This document shows positions 28,814 through 38,413 of a stretch of DNA of 64,000 nucleotides, one piece after another. Location: assembly GCA_002500485.1 (NCBI GenBank), contig DLRJ01000062.1, positions 577 to 64,576 of the forward strand. Direction: 5' to 3'. The first letter of the stretch is position 1. Each line of letters starts with the position of its first letter. Both the position numbers and the translations under genes were made by a program. The notes under the pieces were generated by a model. The model worked only from the letters and a program-made list of their open reading frames with translations, did not search any database and had not been told where the DNA came from. Origin of the DNA: Dehalococcoidia bacterium UBA7891 (GTDB lineage Bacteria; Chloroflexota; Dehalococcoidia; Lucifugimonadales; UBA826).

Positions 28814-29332
28814 TTATCTATTAAACCCGTGATATTCATCTCCAATTAGTACGACCACTGGTCTTTTTGTCTTAACAGCTTCGTTATAGGCATCAGTTAT
28901 TCGAGCTCCATCGTCGTCAGTTTCAACCAAATAATAATTTAGGTGGAAAGCGTTGAGAAATGGTTCTGTATAAACGGCAGCTGAGTCTGGCGTGTGTCCT
29001 TTCCGAGTCCACCCACGATACCCAACAACCATTAGAAGAGGAAAACCGGCATCCAACGCCATTCCCCTGATCGAATCTCCAGATTCCATCATGCCTGTAT
29101 TTTGGATAAGAACCACCGGTACCTTGCCTGCAACATTGAGTCCCAAGGCGACAGCCATTGATTCTCCTTCTCTGGATACAGGTACTACATCCAACCAATC
29201 TTCTTTTTCCATTAATTCATATAAATAATTTGTTTCACTATCAGGGATCGTAATGATATGCGTAACACCGATACTCTTGAACTCCGCTACGAGAGTCTCA
29301 GGTCGTAGTATCTGTAACTGTTGTTCCACCAT
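28814..29332 (-). CDS. ThDP-enzyme N-terminal (pyrimidine-binding) alpha subunit, sulfopyruvate/phosphonopyruvate decarboxylase-like (ComD-like)
   Basis: A 172-aa protein with GVTHIITIPDS, VSREGESMAVALG and LIQNTGMMESGD. It sits directly upstream of the beta subunit. Confidence 0.7.
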   Translation of the reverse strand: MVEQQLQILRPETLVAEFKSIGVTHIITIPDSETNYLYELMEKEDWLDVVPVSREGESMAVALGLNVAGKVPVVLIQNTGMMESGDSIRGMALDAGFPLLMVVGYRGWTRKGHTPDSAAVYTEPFLNAFHLNYYLVETDDDGARITDAYNEAVKTKRPVVVLIGDEYHGFNR

Positions 29333-29478
29333 GGCCTCTATACCTCCATTTTGTGTTATTAGCCTCTTTTATCGAGCGATAGTATAACTGACTAAAACTA
29401 ACATGTCTTCTCACAATGTATATTTATTTGAGTTATTATTTACGCGGTTTTTTTTATTAATTCAATTAAGAGGTACAT

Positions 29479-30333
29479 ATGTTTTACGATACTCATTCAT
29501 ATAGAGAACCCTTGGAGCCAATGAGGGATGACAGGACACACGCTTTGGTAAATATTCTTCCCAGAGAATCTAAGCGCCTTATTGCTAAAGGGGTCTTGGC
29601 AATGCCCGAAGTGGAGAGAGTTCTAAAACAAGGATGGTTTGTAATCTCCAGGGGTATAACACCTTCATATATATTGGAGGAGTTGACAGGTCAGGAATTT
29701 GATACCGCCAATTGTACCGCTGGGATTATTACTGAAGGCCGAATGGCGAGTGTTTTGGAAGAAGACCGGCTCGGACCGTGGGTTTTCAAAGATGGCCAAC
29801 TAGATGAAACACCCGCTCCTCAAGCATTAAGCGAATTTACTGCATATGACGTGTCAATAAAAGGTGCCAATGCCGTTGATTCCGAGGGGAATATAGGCGT
29901 TTTTGCTGCCGACAAGGCCGGTGGTACTGTGGGGGGTATTTGGCCAACTCTCACCGCCAGGGGTGCCCATTGGGTGGCGCCTGTTAGTTTGGAAAGGTTG
30001 ATACCATCGGTGATCGAGGCTGCCAAACACTGTGGAAATCATTTATGGGATTATACGATGGGGCAATCGGCTGGGTTTATGCCTGTTGTGAACGCTCAGG
30101 TGATCACGGAAATACAAGCTTTGGAGTTATTGACCGGAGTGACTGCTACTCATGTTGGTTCTGGTGGCGTTGCAGGTTCTGAAGGTGCAGTCATGTTGGC
30201 TCTAGAAGGTGACCACGATACCGTTTTAAAGGCTTTTGAATTAGTGGAATCTATAAAAGGCGAACCCCAATTTGATTCTCCTCGGTTGGTACCATATGTT
30301 CGTGAGCCAGAGGCAACCCCGCCTGCAAGGTAG
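29479..30333 (+). CDS. Conserved-looking hypothetical protein
   Basis: A 284-aa ORF with RBS AAGAGG and globular composition. A faint resemblance to LUD/DUF162-type folds (SIKGANAVDSEGNIGVF) is not enough for a call. Confidence 0.5.
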   Translation: MFYDTHSYREPLEPMRDDRTHALVNILPRESKRLIAKGVLAMPEVERVLKQGWFVISRGITPSYILEELTGQEFDTANCTAGIITEGRMASVLEEDRLGPWVFKDGQLDETPAPQALSEFTAYDVSIKGANAVDSEGNIGVFAADKAGGTVGGIWPTLTARGAHWVAPVSLERLIPSVIEAAKHCGNHLWDYTMGQSAGFMPVVNAQVITEIQALELLTGVTATHVGSGGVAGSEGAVMLALEGDHDTVLKAFELVESIKGEPQFDSPRLVPYVREPEATPPAR

Positions 30334-30463
30334 TTTAAATATACTTGACCCAATCGGCGCTTTATTACATTATTTAAATTCATGAATTCCGATTAACTTA
30401 CCACCAATATTTCTGAGTTTGGATATATTGGGTTTGTAATTGTCGGGATCTGAATTGGAGTCT

Positions 30464-31747
30464 ATGAAATTAACTGAATCGCCTACCTTATTTTCACCGT
30501 TTAAATGGCGCCACGCTGTCTTTTATGGGTGGTGGTTGGTTGTTATAACCATTTTTTTGAATGCTGCGACAGGGTCCCCTGTTTTTGGTGGAGTGGGTGT
30601 ATGGATCGATGCTTTGGAACAGCATTTCGGCTGGAGTAGGGCGGAGCTTTCTTTGGCATTTTCCTTTGGTCAGCTAGAAAGTGGCCTGGCTGGCCCAGTG
30701 GTAGGAATTCTAGTTGACCGCTATGGTCCTAAAAAGATTGTGTTCTCTGGTGTGACAATTATTGGTTTGGGATTCCTCATATTCAGTCAAACCAATAACC
30801 TTTGGACGTTTTATTGTGCATATATTGTCATCATGTTAGGAGCCTCAGCTGGAGGCTGGCTACCGATGATGTCTGTTATCAACAACTGGTTTGATAAGAA
30901 AAGAACAATGGCAATGGGACTAGGCGGTATTGGTTTTTCAGTGGGCAGCTTTTTTTTGGTACCACTATTGGCTTGGCTGGTTCAGCCAGAGGGTGTTGGC
31001 TGGAGAACTACTTCATTGTCTTTGGGGATATTTTTCATTCTCATAGCCTTTCCCATTAGTAGGCTTATACGAAATTCTCCTGAGGAATTAGGCGAAATTC
31101 CAGACGGAAGGGTTTTTGAGGTAAAAGATTCAGATAGAAGTGTAACTACAAGAATCGACAATGACTTTCCTATGATGACGATTATAAAGATGCCGGTGTT
31201 TTGGGTTTTGGCAATTTGTAATGGCACATCTGCGATGCTTATTGGAACGATGACTGTACATCTGATTTTGGCATTAAAGGATCAGGGAATATCAGTTCAA
31301 ACCGGAGCCTGGATATGGGGAGCCACTATGCTTTTTTCTGGAGCGGCCCAAGTTCTCGGAGGCTATCTAGGGGATAGAGTTCCTAAGAACTTATCTCTTT
31401 GTGTTTTTGGGATAATACAGGCGCTTGGTGTCATATATGCAACATTTATTACTAGTGTATACATGGCTTCTATATTTGTTTTTATATATGGATTAGGTTT
31501 TGGAGCCAGAATTCCACTTGGAACAGCGATAAGGGGAGAATATTTCGGACGAAAAGCATTTGGGAGAGTTTTAGGCGTGTCCATGCTACCGATGATGACA
31601 TTGATGATGATAGGGCCATGGGTGGCAGGATTTATGTTTGATCACTACGGCAGCTACGATCGGGCTTTTTATATTCTAGCCTCGGTAGCGTTAGTTGGTA
31701 GTGTGGGCTTCCTTTTTTGCAAAAATCCCAATCAAAGTAGATCCTGA
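30464..31747 (+). CDS. MFS transporter (oxalate/formate antiporter-like subfamily)
   Basis: About 12 TM segments. GILVDRYGPKK loop motif. The start is ambiguous between TTG 30440 and ATG 30464. Confidence 0.7.
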   Translation: MKLTESPTLFSPFKWRHAVFYGWWLVVITIFLNAATGSPVFGGVGVWIDALEQHFGWSRAELSLAFSFGQLESGLAGPVVGILVDRYGPKKIVFSGVTIIGLGFLIFSQTNNLWTFYCAYIVIMLGASAGGWLPMMSVINNWFDKKRTMAMGLGGIGFSVGSFFLVPLLAWLVQPEGVGWRTTSLSLGIFFILIAFPISRLIRNSPEELGEIPDGRVFEVKDSDRSVTTRIDNDFPMMTIIKMPVFWVLAICNGTSAMLIGTMTVHLILALKDQGISVQTGAWIWGATMLFSGAAQVLGGYLGDRVPKNLSLCVFGIIQALGVIYATFITSVYMASIFVFIYGLGFGARIPLGTAIRGEYFGRKAFGRVLGVSMLPMMTLMMIGPWVAGFMFDHYGSYDRAFYILASVALVGSVGFLFCKNPNQSRS

Positions 31748-31757
31748 TGTCCTGTAT

Positions 31758-33440
31758 CTAATTACTTGACTGGGTTTTGGCCCAACTATCCCTAAGGGAA
31801 ACTGTTCTGTTGAACACAAGGTTGCCTTCGTTTTTGGAATCCTCAGAATCCAAGCAAAAATAACCCAGTCTTTCGAATTGCATTGGGTTTCCCGGGGTTG
31901 ATTCTTTAAGGCTTGGCTCCACTTTCGCAGACCGAATAATTTCGAGAGAATTTGGATTCAGAACCGTTTCCAAATTTTCCCCATCCGATATATCTGGCTC
32001 CGAGTCTAGGCAAAGTCTTTCGTAAAGTCGCACCTCAGCGTTAATCGAATGATTTGCACTAACCCAGTGTATGGTTGATTTAACTTTTCTTCCATCTGGT
32101 GCATTTCCACCCCGTGTTTCTGGGTCATAAGTGCATCTTAGTTCTAAAACCTCGTCGGTTATAGGATCTTTAATAATTTCAGTACAGGTGATTAAGTAAC
32201 CGTATCGAAGCCTAACTTCTCTTCCTAAAGTTAATCGAAAGAATTTTTTAGGAGGGTTTTCCATAAAATCGTCTTGCTCGATGAACAGTTCTTTTGAAAA
32301 TGGTATTTTTCTTGTCCCACTGTCACGATCTTGAGGATTATTGGCAGCTTCAAGGTACTCGACCTGATCTTCAGGGTAGTTTTCTATTACTAATTTGATA
32401 GGCCGTAAAACCGCGAGTGCTCTATTTGATTTTTTATTTAAGTCTTCTCTTAAACAATGTTCTAAGAGTTCTATTTCTGCCGTATTCCATCTTCTAGTTA
32501 TACTCACCCTACGGCAAAATTCCCTTATGGAATCTGCTGTGTAGCCGAGTCGTCTCATACCAGATATTGTGGGCATTCGGGGGTCATTCCACCCGCTAAC
32601 CAATTTGTTTTCCACCAGTTTAGTTAAATTCCGCTTACTTAGTATGGTGTGGCTCAGGAAAATTTTTCCAAACTCAATTTGTCTAGATTTGAATACTTTA
32701 AGCTCATCTATGAACCATTCGTACAGAGGCCTGTGATCTTCATACTCCATGGTACATAAGGAATGAGTAACCTCTTCAATTGAGTCTGACAGACCGTGTG
32801 CAAAATCGTACATAGGATATATGGGCCATTCATTACCAGTTCTATGGTGAGGTGTATCTAAGATTCGATACATTACCGGGTCTCGCATATTTAGATTGGG
32901 GGAGGCCATGTCTATTTTTGCTCTCAAGACATGTGAACCAGGCCGGTGAATCCCGTTACGCATTTCCTCTAACAACTTTGTATTCTCTTGAGGGTTTCTG
33001 TCCCGGTATGGGCTATCTGCCCCGGGCTCAGTGAGTGTTCCTCTATTTGCTCTAATTTCATCTTGGGTTTGGCTATCAACATAGGCTTTACCCTGATTTA
33101 TGAGAGTCATTGCAAATCCATAAAGTTTTTGAAAATAATCTGAAGCAAAATATTCACGCTCGTCCCAATCAAACCCTAACCACTGAATATCCTTTTTGAT
33201 AGCTTCGACAAATTCGGTATTTTCTTTTGATGGGTTAGTGTCATCAAATCTGAGATTGCACTTTGCGGATTCATTTTCTTTTGCTATTCCAAAATTAAGG
33301 CAAATGGATGCGGCATGCCCTATGTGTAGGTACCCGTTTGGTTCAGGAGGAAATCGGGTTGTGATAAATTGGTGTTTGCCTGAGGCCAAATCTTCTTTGA
33401 CAATGTCTCTAATGAAATCTTGATTTGTATTTTCATCCAC
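31758..33440 (-). CDS. glnS: Glutamine--tRNA ligase
   Basis: [17 protein letters not shown] (HIGH motif), ILSKRNL (KMSKS-type), and a GlnRS-type C-terminal anticodon-binding region. GTG start. Confidence 0.9.
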   Translation of the reverse strand: MDENTNQDFIRDIVKEDLASGKHQFITTRFPPEPNGYLHIGHAASICLNFGIAKENESAKCNLRFDDTNPSKENTEFVEAIKKDIQWLGFDWDEREYFASDYFQKLYGFAMTLINQGKAYVDSQTQDEIRANRGTLTEPGADSPYRDRNPQENTKLLEEMRNGIHRPGSHVLRAKIDMASPNLNMRDPVMYRILDTPHHRTGNEWPIYPMYDFAHGLSDSIEEVTHSLCTMEYEDHRPLYEWFIDELKVFKSRQIEFGKIFLSHTILSKRNLTKLVENKLVSGWNDPRMPTISGMRRLGYTADSIREFCRRVSITRRWNTAEIELLEHCLREDLNKKSNRALAVLRPIKLVIENYPEDQVEYLEAANNPQDRDSGTRKIPFSKELFIEQDDFMENPPKKFFRLTLGREVRLRYGYLITCTEIIKDPITDEVLELRCTYDPETRGGNAPDGRKVKSTIHWVSANHSINAEVRLYERLCLDSEPDISDGENLETVLNPNSLEIIRSAKVEPSLKESTPGNPMQFERLGYFCLDSEDSKNEGNLVFNRTVSLRDSWAKTQSSN

Positions 33441-33492
33441 TATATTAGATGTCCTGTCTTCCTAATTTTTTAATTTATTAGCAGCATGTATA

Positions 33493-34440
33493 TTATGCGT
33501 ATTGGATGATGTGGCTTAAAGTGGTTTTAAGTCGATCCGTGTGATGTTGCGGTAAATATGGTTGTTCAAGACATTCTACATTTGCCATTAAATGTTCAAT
33601 TGAGGCTGTCCCTGTCAATACCGTTGAAACTGTTGTTGGTTCGGCAGCAAATTTGTAACCGGCCTCTATCACGGATTTCACATTTCCCTCAACCAACCAT
33701 CCAAACGGATCATGGGCAGGAAGAGAGTCCTTATCTATTAACCCCGAATATTTCCACTCAGCGATCAATTGCTCTAAAAGAATAGGATCAGGCAGTTTTA
33801 TTCTGACCGCAGCCATGTTAATTACTCCAATATTGTGAGTTCGGGCCAAAGGCAATATGTTTTCACCTGCAGATTGGTTCAAGATCCCATATTTAAGCAT
33901 AACGATATCCCACAATTCCGGATGTTTCGATAAACCTAATTTGATACCCTCTTGTGCGGGATCTTCAGAAAAGCGGCTACTAAAACCGATACTTCTAATT
34001 TTTCCTTCAGATTTTAATCTTTCCATGGTTGGATAAAGTGTTTCAATGATTAGGTCATATTCTTGAGGCATAATACCGTGGAAAAGCATTATATCTATAT
34101 AGTCCGTTTGAAGCCTATCTAGGCTTTTTTCTACGGATTTGATTAATTTGGTAGGGTCATCAATGGTGTTGTTCAGTTCATCTCTGGCTGGCCATTTGGT
34201 ACACAAAATAAATGAATCACGAGGTTTGTCTGACAAACATTTTCCTAATATAGATTCTGAATTACCATAATGGGTAGCAGTGTCGAAAATATTGATGCCG
34301 GTATCAAGCGCTGCTTCCACCAGTTTTTTTTGATCATATATCGAATGCCCGATTGTTTGACCGAGTTGTCTCGCACCACCTGTACCCAGGCTCAATAATG
34401 AAACTTCCAATCCGGTTTTTCCAAGTATTCTTTTTATCAA
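33493..34440 (-). CDS. Aldo/keto reductase
   Basis: ILGKTGLEVSLLSLGTGG and FDTATHYGNSE. The TTG at 34440 sits 9 nt after a perfect AAGGAG and gives a canonical AKR N-terminus. The tracked start 34464 is probably too long. Confidence 0.8.
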   Translation of the reverse strand: MIKRILGKTGLEVSLLSLGTGGARQLGQTIGHSIYDQKKLVEAALDTGINIFDTATHYGNSESILGKCLSDKPRDSFILCTKWPARDELNNTIDDPTKLIKSVEKSLDRLQTDYIDIMLFHGIMPQEYDLIIETLYPTMERLKSEGKIRSIGFSSRFSEDPAQEGIKLGLSKHPELWDIVMLKYGILNQSAGENILPLARTHNIGVINMAAVRIKLPDPILLEQLIAEWKYSGLIDKDSLPAHDPFGWLVEGNVKSVIEAGYKFAAEPTTVSTVLTGTASIEHLMANVECLEQPYLPQHHTDRLKTTLSHIIQYA

Positions 34441-34460
34441 ATTTTTGAATCTCCTTAGAC

Positions 34461-35015
34461 TCAAATCTCAATATTGAAAAACGTCTTTCTGTACCATCTC
34501 AATTCTTCAATGCTTTCTCGAATATCCTCTAATGCAAGATGTTTGCCTTCTTTTTCAGGCAGATTCGTCTTTGGATACCACCTTCTTGCTAGTTCTTTTA
34601 TGGTTGATACGTCAACCATCCTGTAATGCAAAAAAATGTCGAGCTGTGGCATTTCCCTTCTTATAAATCTCCGATCTGTACCGATAGAATTGCCGCAAAT
34701 CGGAGACATACCAACGGACACCCATTCCTTTAAAAATGCGAGAGTTTGATTTTCCGCCTCAGATACCGTCACTGTTGATTCCCTAACCCGTTTAAGTAGT
34801 CCTGATTTTTGGTGCTGCTCTTTTGACCAATCATTGATGTTCTGCATCTCGGATATAGTTCGATTTATAGCTAAAGATGGGCCTTCTGCTAGCTCTTTCA
34901 GATTCCCATCAGTCACGATAGATGCAATTTCTATAATTAAGTGGTCATCCTCCAGACCAGTCATTTCAAGATCTATCCAGACTAAATTATTGTCCTTGTC
35001 CAATTTTGATACCAT
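34461..35015 (-). CDS. orn: Oligoribonuclease
   Basis: DEDDh exonuclease motifs LVWIDLEMTGL, GNSIGTDRRFI and HLALEDIRESIEELRWYR. The ATG at 35015 follows AAGGTG. Confidence 0.85.
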   Translation of the reverse strand: MVSKLDKDNNLVWIDLEMTGLEDDHLIIEIASIVTDGNLKELAEGPSLAINRTISEMQNINDWSKEQHQKSGLLKRVRESTVTVSEAENQTLAFLKEWVSVGMSPICGNSIGTDRRFIRREMPQLDIFLHYRMVDVSTIKELARRWYPKTNLPEKEGKHLALEDIRESIEELRWYRKTFFNIEI

Positions 35016-35081
35016 TAATGCACCTTCGGCGTACAAATTTTGTTCTTTAATATATAGGTTGTACGGAGTAATTTTATACTC

Positions 35082-35681
35082 ATGTTTGATAATCCTAACA
35101 ATGATTTGAATGTTTTTGCTTACTGGGTTAGCCAGGGTAAATTGGCGGCTGGGGAATATCCCGGTAATCAGTGGTCATTCAGACCGTCCACCACTATAGC
35201 AACTATTGTGAATTCTGTTTCCGGTATGTTTAAAGCCAAGTTTAGGGATAAGAACACCCCATCATACAAAATTGGGAATCTTATGGAATGTGGTATAGGT
35301 TGCTTCATTGATTTGACAGAGCCTGGTGAAAGACCAGACTACCGTAGATACCTACATTCAGAACGGCGTCGCCGATCACTCAAATCAGAATATTTTCGAT
35401 TTGCTATAACTGACCGAGGAATACCTGATATCACTTATATGAAAGACCTATTGGATCTAATCGATTCTCAAATAGAATCTAATATACCTGTCTATATACA
35501 CTGTTTTAGGGGTTTAGGTAGGACTGGCACAGTCGTTGGATGTTATCTGGTTAGACACGGTTTCACTGGTGAGGAAGCTTTAGATGAAATAATGAATTTG
35601 AGGTCAGGAGTCGCAGGTTCTTTTCGGGCATCACCAGAAACTCAAATACAACGAGATTTCGTAATGGATTGGCAAGAGTAG
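35082..35681 (+). CDS. Dual-specificity/tyrosine protein phosphatase
   Basis: CX5R(S/T) P-loop HCFRGLGRTG. Confidence 0.75.
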   Translation: MFDNPNNDLNVFAYWVSQGKLAAGEYPGNQWSFRPSTTIATIVNSVSGMFKAKFRDKNTPSYKIGNLMECGIGCFIDLTEPGERPDYRRYLHSERRRRSLKSEYFRFAITDRGIPDITYMKDLLDLIDSQIESNIPVYIHCFRGLGRTGTVVGCYLVRHGFTGEEALDEIMNLRSGVAGSFRASPETQIQRDFVMDWQE

Positions 35682-36176
35682 TTAAGATTTAGACAACCCT
35701 GGAACAACTTTGGAGTTGGGTAATTTGAGTAGTTCTTGCGGGCTTACCTGTATTTTACCTGATCTACTTCCTCCGCCTATTATGACGTAATCACTTGCCA
35801 TCACATCACTGTCTATGAAAAGTGATAGTGTGTCAGGTAGACCAATAGGAGTCACACCGCCTATCATCATACCAGTTAGGTCGGTTGTCTCTTCAGTATT
35901 GGCAAAAGAGAGTCTGGAGACTCCCATCAATTCTTTAACTTTTTTATTTACATCAAGTTTGGCGGTGGCTAAAACGAGACAAGCGCAATATTTTTTCTCA
36001 CCTCTCTTAGAGGCTACCAAAATGGTATTTCCTGATTTTTCCATAGGGTAGTCGTACTTTCTACAGAAATTCTCAGTGTCCGCAAAATCCGGATCTACAA
36101 CAATCCAGCTGTAGGTTATGCCTAATATTTCCAAGGTCTGTTTAATTTCCGATTCAATGTTTCCTGCACTTGTCAT
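35682..36176 (-). CDS. YbaK/ProX-type aminoacyl-tRNA deacylase (editing domain) protein
   Basis: A 164-aa protein with TGMMIGGVTPIGLP and a C-terminal GGGSRSGKIQV pattern typical of the YbaK/EbsC family. Confidence 0.65.
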   Translation of the reverse strand: MTSAGNIESEIKQTLEILGITYSWIVVDPDFADTENFCRKYDYPMEKSGNTILVASKRGEKKYCACLVLATAKLDVNKKVKELMGVSRLSFANTEETTDLTGMMIGGVTPIGLPDTLSLFIDSDVMASDYVIIGGGSRSGKIQVSPQELLKLPNSKVVPGLSKS

Positions 36177-36207
36177 TTAGGTATGTCCTAGTTATAAGAG
36201 TGAAGTA

Positions 36208-37236
36208 TTAAGTTACTTCTAAAGTAGGGTTTCGCAAAGGTCCTGCGTACTGAGTTTGGTCTAGTTCTATGAAGTCTTTTTGATAAACTTGGATTCTGTA
36301 AGATTCAAAATCAGGTATATACAATCTGAAGTCATCGTCAATTCTCACTGATCGGGGTCTTCTCAAAAATTTTTCAGACTCGAGCTTTCCCATTTCCCTT
36401 AACCGGTTTGGAACAGCGTTGGTCAACATATAATTCCGGGCTACCTTCGATAAAGTGGCGTCACCATAAAAACTCCATATGTACTGACCCTTTGAATTGT
36501 ACATAAGAACTCTGTTATTACCCCAGTCTGCCACATAAAAATCCCCGTGGTTGTCTACAGTAATGCCGGTTGGTCTATTGAATTGTCCATTACCACTTCC
36601 AAATTCACCCACAACGTTTTTGAGATCACCATCTGGCGAAAAAATTTGTACTCTGTGATTACCCCAATCAGAAATATATATATCTCCACTCTCATCACAA
36701 TCCACACCCCATGGAAGATTAAATTGACCAGGTTCCGAGCCATAGGAACCAAAGGAATTTATATATTCACCATCTTTTGTGTATCTCTGTATCCGACTAT
36801 TTTTCGAATCACATATTATGAAATGTTCGTTAATGTCCAATGCAAAACCTGATGGGCCATCGAATTCTCCTTCACCTTGACCATGCCTGCCGAATTTGCT
36901 TATGAACCCACCGTCTGGATCAAATTTGCTTATCCTGTGATTGGCTTCATCACTGATGAATATGTTTCCTGAATCGTCCGTAATTATGTTGACAGGCCAT
37001 CTCAGTTGCCCATCTTCACATCCGAAATTACCAAATCCTTTTAGCTCATCTGTGAGTTCTTCCATATCGTCTCGAGACCAGATTCGGATGGTGGCGACAC
37101 CTTCTGATCTAAGCAACACATATAAAATATTTTCCTCGCCAAATGCGATATCTGTAGGAAAATTGGTTACTCGTCTCATTCCTAAAGTTGTGGAATACGG
37201 ATAACCTGCTCTCAATAGGCCATGTGGTCGAGTCAT
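36208..37236 (-). CDS. NHL-repeat beta-propeller protein (paralogue of 6938..7936)
   Basis: Repeated G.G.GQF..P.G...D..G..Y..D..N.R.Q units. Clear similarity to the first NHL protein. Confidence 0.8.
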   Translation of the reverse strand: MTRPHGLLRAGYPYSTTLGMRRVTNFPTDIAFGEENILYVLLRSEGVATIRIWSRDDMEELTDELKGFGNFGCEDGQLRWPVNIITDDSGNIFISDEANHRISKFDPDGGFISKFGRHGQGEGEFDGPSGFALDINEHFIICDSKNSRIQRYTKDGEYINSFGSYGSEPGQFNLPWGVDCDESGDIYISDWGNHRVQIFSPDGDLKNVVGEFGSGNGQFNRPTGITVDNHGDFYVADWGNNRVLMYNSKGQYIWSFYGDATLSKVARNYMLTNAVPNRLREMGKLESEKFLRRPRSVRIDDDFRLYIPDFESYRIQVYQKDFIELDQTQYAGPLRNPTLEVT

Positions 37237-37254
37237 CGTAGGTCTCCTAATGTG

Positions 37255-38391
37255 TTAGATATAGAAAGGTTTTATCTGCTCGAATTCGCCTTTTACAATT
37301 GGCTTCGCATCGAGCCCTAACCACTGCTCTAATACGGTGCCATATATTCCACGGAAATCTATAGTGTGCTTTAAATCCTCTCCATGCTCCCAGTCGTTAG
37401 GATTTAAGGAGGGATATTCGGAATAAAGTCCTCCTTTCACATTATTACCAATTAGAAAAGCTCCCCCACCTGATCCATGATCTGTACCACTACCGTTGTC
37501 TCGCATTCGTCTACCAAATTCTGTGAAGACCAGAATGGCAACATCGTCGGCCGCATCATGTTCTTTAAGATCATCCATAAAGTCAGAAATGGCTCCACTC
37601 AGATCACTCAATAACTTGGGATGTGTAGGCATTTCATTGGCATGGGTATCGTATCCACCATGGTTGGTATAAAAGACCCTGGTTCCTAAATTAGCAAAAT
37701 GTACCCGAGCCACGTCTCTCAAACTTTTAGCTATAGAGTTGTCGGCATATTCCACAGAGGATTTGTACTGAGTGGCCACATTTGCCAGTAAGTCGGCCCC
37801 TTTTAAGACATCTAATCCGGTTTTCCCGATATATTCGGCTACCTGCCCACTTCCGATAGCTTGCCCGTAAATATCTTTGAAGGCTTGCAAGGATCTTTCC
37901 TTTAAGCGCTCTTGTTCTATTTTGTTCATCACCCCATAGCCTTCCAAATCTCCTACTGAAGTTATAGGTACTCCTGCAACAGACATAGCCCTGGGTAGCC
38001 CTTGGCCTATATTAACTCCGGTGAGGACATTTTCACTTTTAGGGTCTAGGTCCCTGATGGCCAACCCCAACCATCCTTCACTACCAACTCTGTCAGGTTC
38101 GCACGTATGCCATATATCCATTCCACGAAAATGAGATCTGTTTGAGTTTGGATATCCAATTCCTTGAACTATAGCCACCTTTCCTTCATCAAATAGTCTT
38201 TTCAAAGGCCTGGCATTATTGTTGATAGCTAATTCTTCGTTAATGGGTAGTACATCAGTTTGAGTTATTACAATTTTCTTTCGAGCATCGTAATAATGTT
38301 CGTTGTTATAAGGGACTATGGTATTTATAAAATCGTTACCGCCAGTCAATTGGATTACGACAAGCGTTTTTTCTTTAGCTTCAGTGACCAT
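37255..38391 (-). CDS. DUF1501-family protein (paralogue of 7976..9097; no signal peptide)
   Basis: VVIQLTGGNDFIN, GYPNSNRSHFRGMDIWHT and TEFGRRMRDNGSGTDHGSGG. Confidence 0.8.
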   Translation of the reverse strand: MVTEAKEKTLVVIQLTGGNDFINTIVPYNNEHYYDARKKIVITQTDVLPINEELAINNNARPLKRLFDEGKVAIVQGIGYPNSNRSHFRGMDIWHTCEPDRVGSEGWLGLAIRDLDPKSENVLTGVNIGQGLPRAMSVAGVPITSVGDLEGYGVMNKIEQERLKERSLQAFKDIYGQAIGSGQVAEYIGKTGLDVLKGADLLANVATQYKSSVEYADNSIAKSLRDVARVHFANLGTRVFYTNHGGYDTHANEMPTHPKLLSDLSGAISDFMDDLKEHDAADDVAILVFTEFGRRMRDNGSGTDHGSGGGAFLIGNNVKGGLYSEYPSLNPNDWEHGEDLKHTIDFRGIYGTVLEQWLGLDAKPIVKGEFEQIKPFYI

Positions 38392-38413
38392 ATTAGTTCC
38401 CTCTCCTTATGCT

